Source: Nemertoderma westbladi
Taxonomy: Eukaryota; Animalia; Xenacoelomorpha
Direction: 5' to 3'
Length of the DNA: 64,000 nt
NCBI GenBank assembly: GCA_032718475.1
Contig: JAUCBJ010003966.1
Coordinates: 25,251-89,250, forward strand
A model generated the notes under the pieces. The model saw only the letters and a program-made list of their open reading frames with translations, was not told where the DNA came from and made no database searches. This document shows, in pieces, positions 63,731-64,000 of the stretch. Position 1 is the first letter of the stretch; each line of letters opens with the position of its first letter. A program made the position numbers and the translations under genes.

Positions 63731-64000
63731 GTGTTGGACAGGTTCGCAGGGTAGCTGATCAAAGTGAGTGGTCAGTAACTTCAGTTGGATGACGTGGATG
63801 CTTCACAAATTCCTTTGTTTGAATTGTTTGAAAAATTGTGGTGTTTTACGCTGTCAGATCTATTGCCTCTGTTTAGGTAATTTTCATCGTCGGATTCTCA
63901 TAATGATATTATTTTATTTGATATAAGGTAAAGTAGGCTATATTGCAGTAAATTAGTGTGAGTGTGATCCAGGATCGCCTTAACCCAACGGAAAGGAAGT

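Overview
Eukaryotic (animal-like, AT-rich) genomic window, almost entirely filled by one minus-strand gene for mitochondrial pyruvate carboxylase (PC). I traced 17 coding exons by hand, from the ATG at 59492 down to 782. All introns are GT-AG with matching phases, giving 3424 nt or about 1141 codons. The last, biotin-attachment exon lies off the left edge. Roughly 38 kb of the gene is intronic tandem repeat. The main observation is that eight arrays are amplified copies of PC's own exon-intron junctions: five donors (exons 2, 4, 5, 7, 15) and three acceptors (exons 3, 9, 18), with units of about 19-55 bp and about 5 to about 225 copies. Each array extends into the intron and leaves the intact exon at the proximal end. 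The pre-mRNA therefore carries hundreds of decoy splice sites, and the ones I translated give a stop or a frameshift. Intron 6 (31838-44015) holds two nested antisense TMEM35/NACHO-like genes, one split by a Mutator-like element with a 9-bp TSD. It also holds an IS3EU-like element, a Sola1-like MITE and a roughly 1-kb foldback. A hAT-type element sits inside the exon-3 acceptor array, and another array interrupts a decayed LINE reverse transcriptase. Nearly all long ORFs in the supplied track are repeat artefacts. Copy numbers are length divided by unit size. Family calls come from motif recognition, not database searches.
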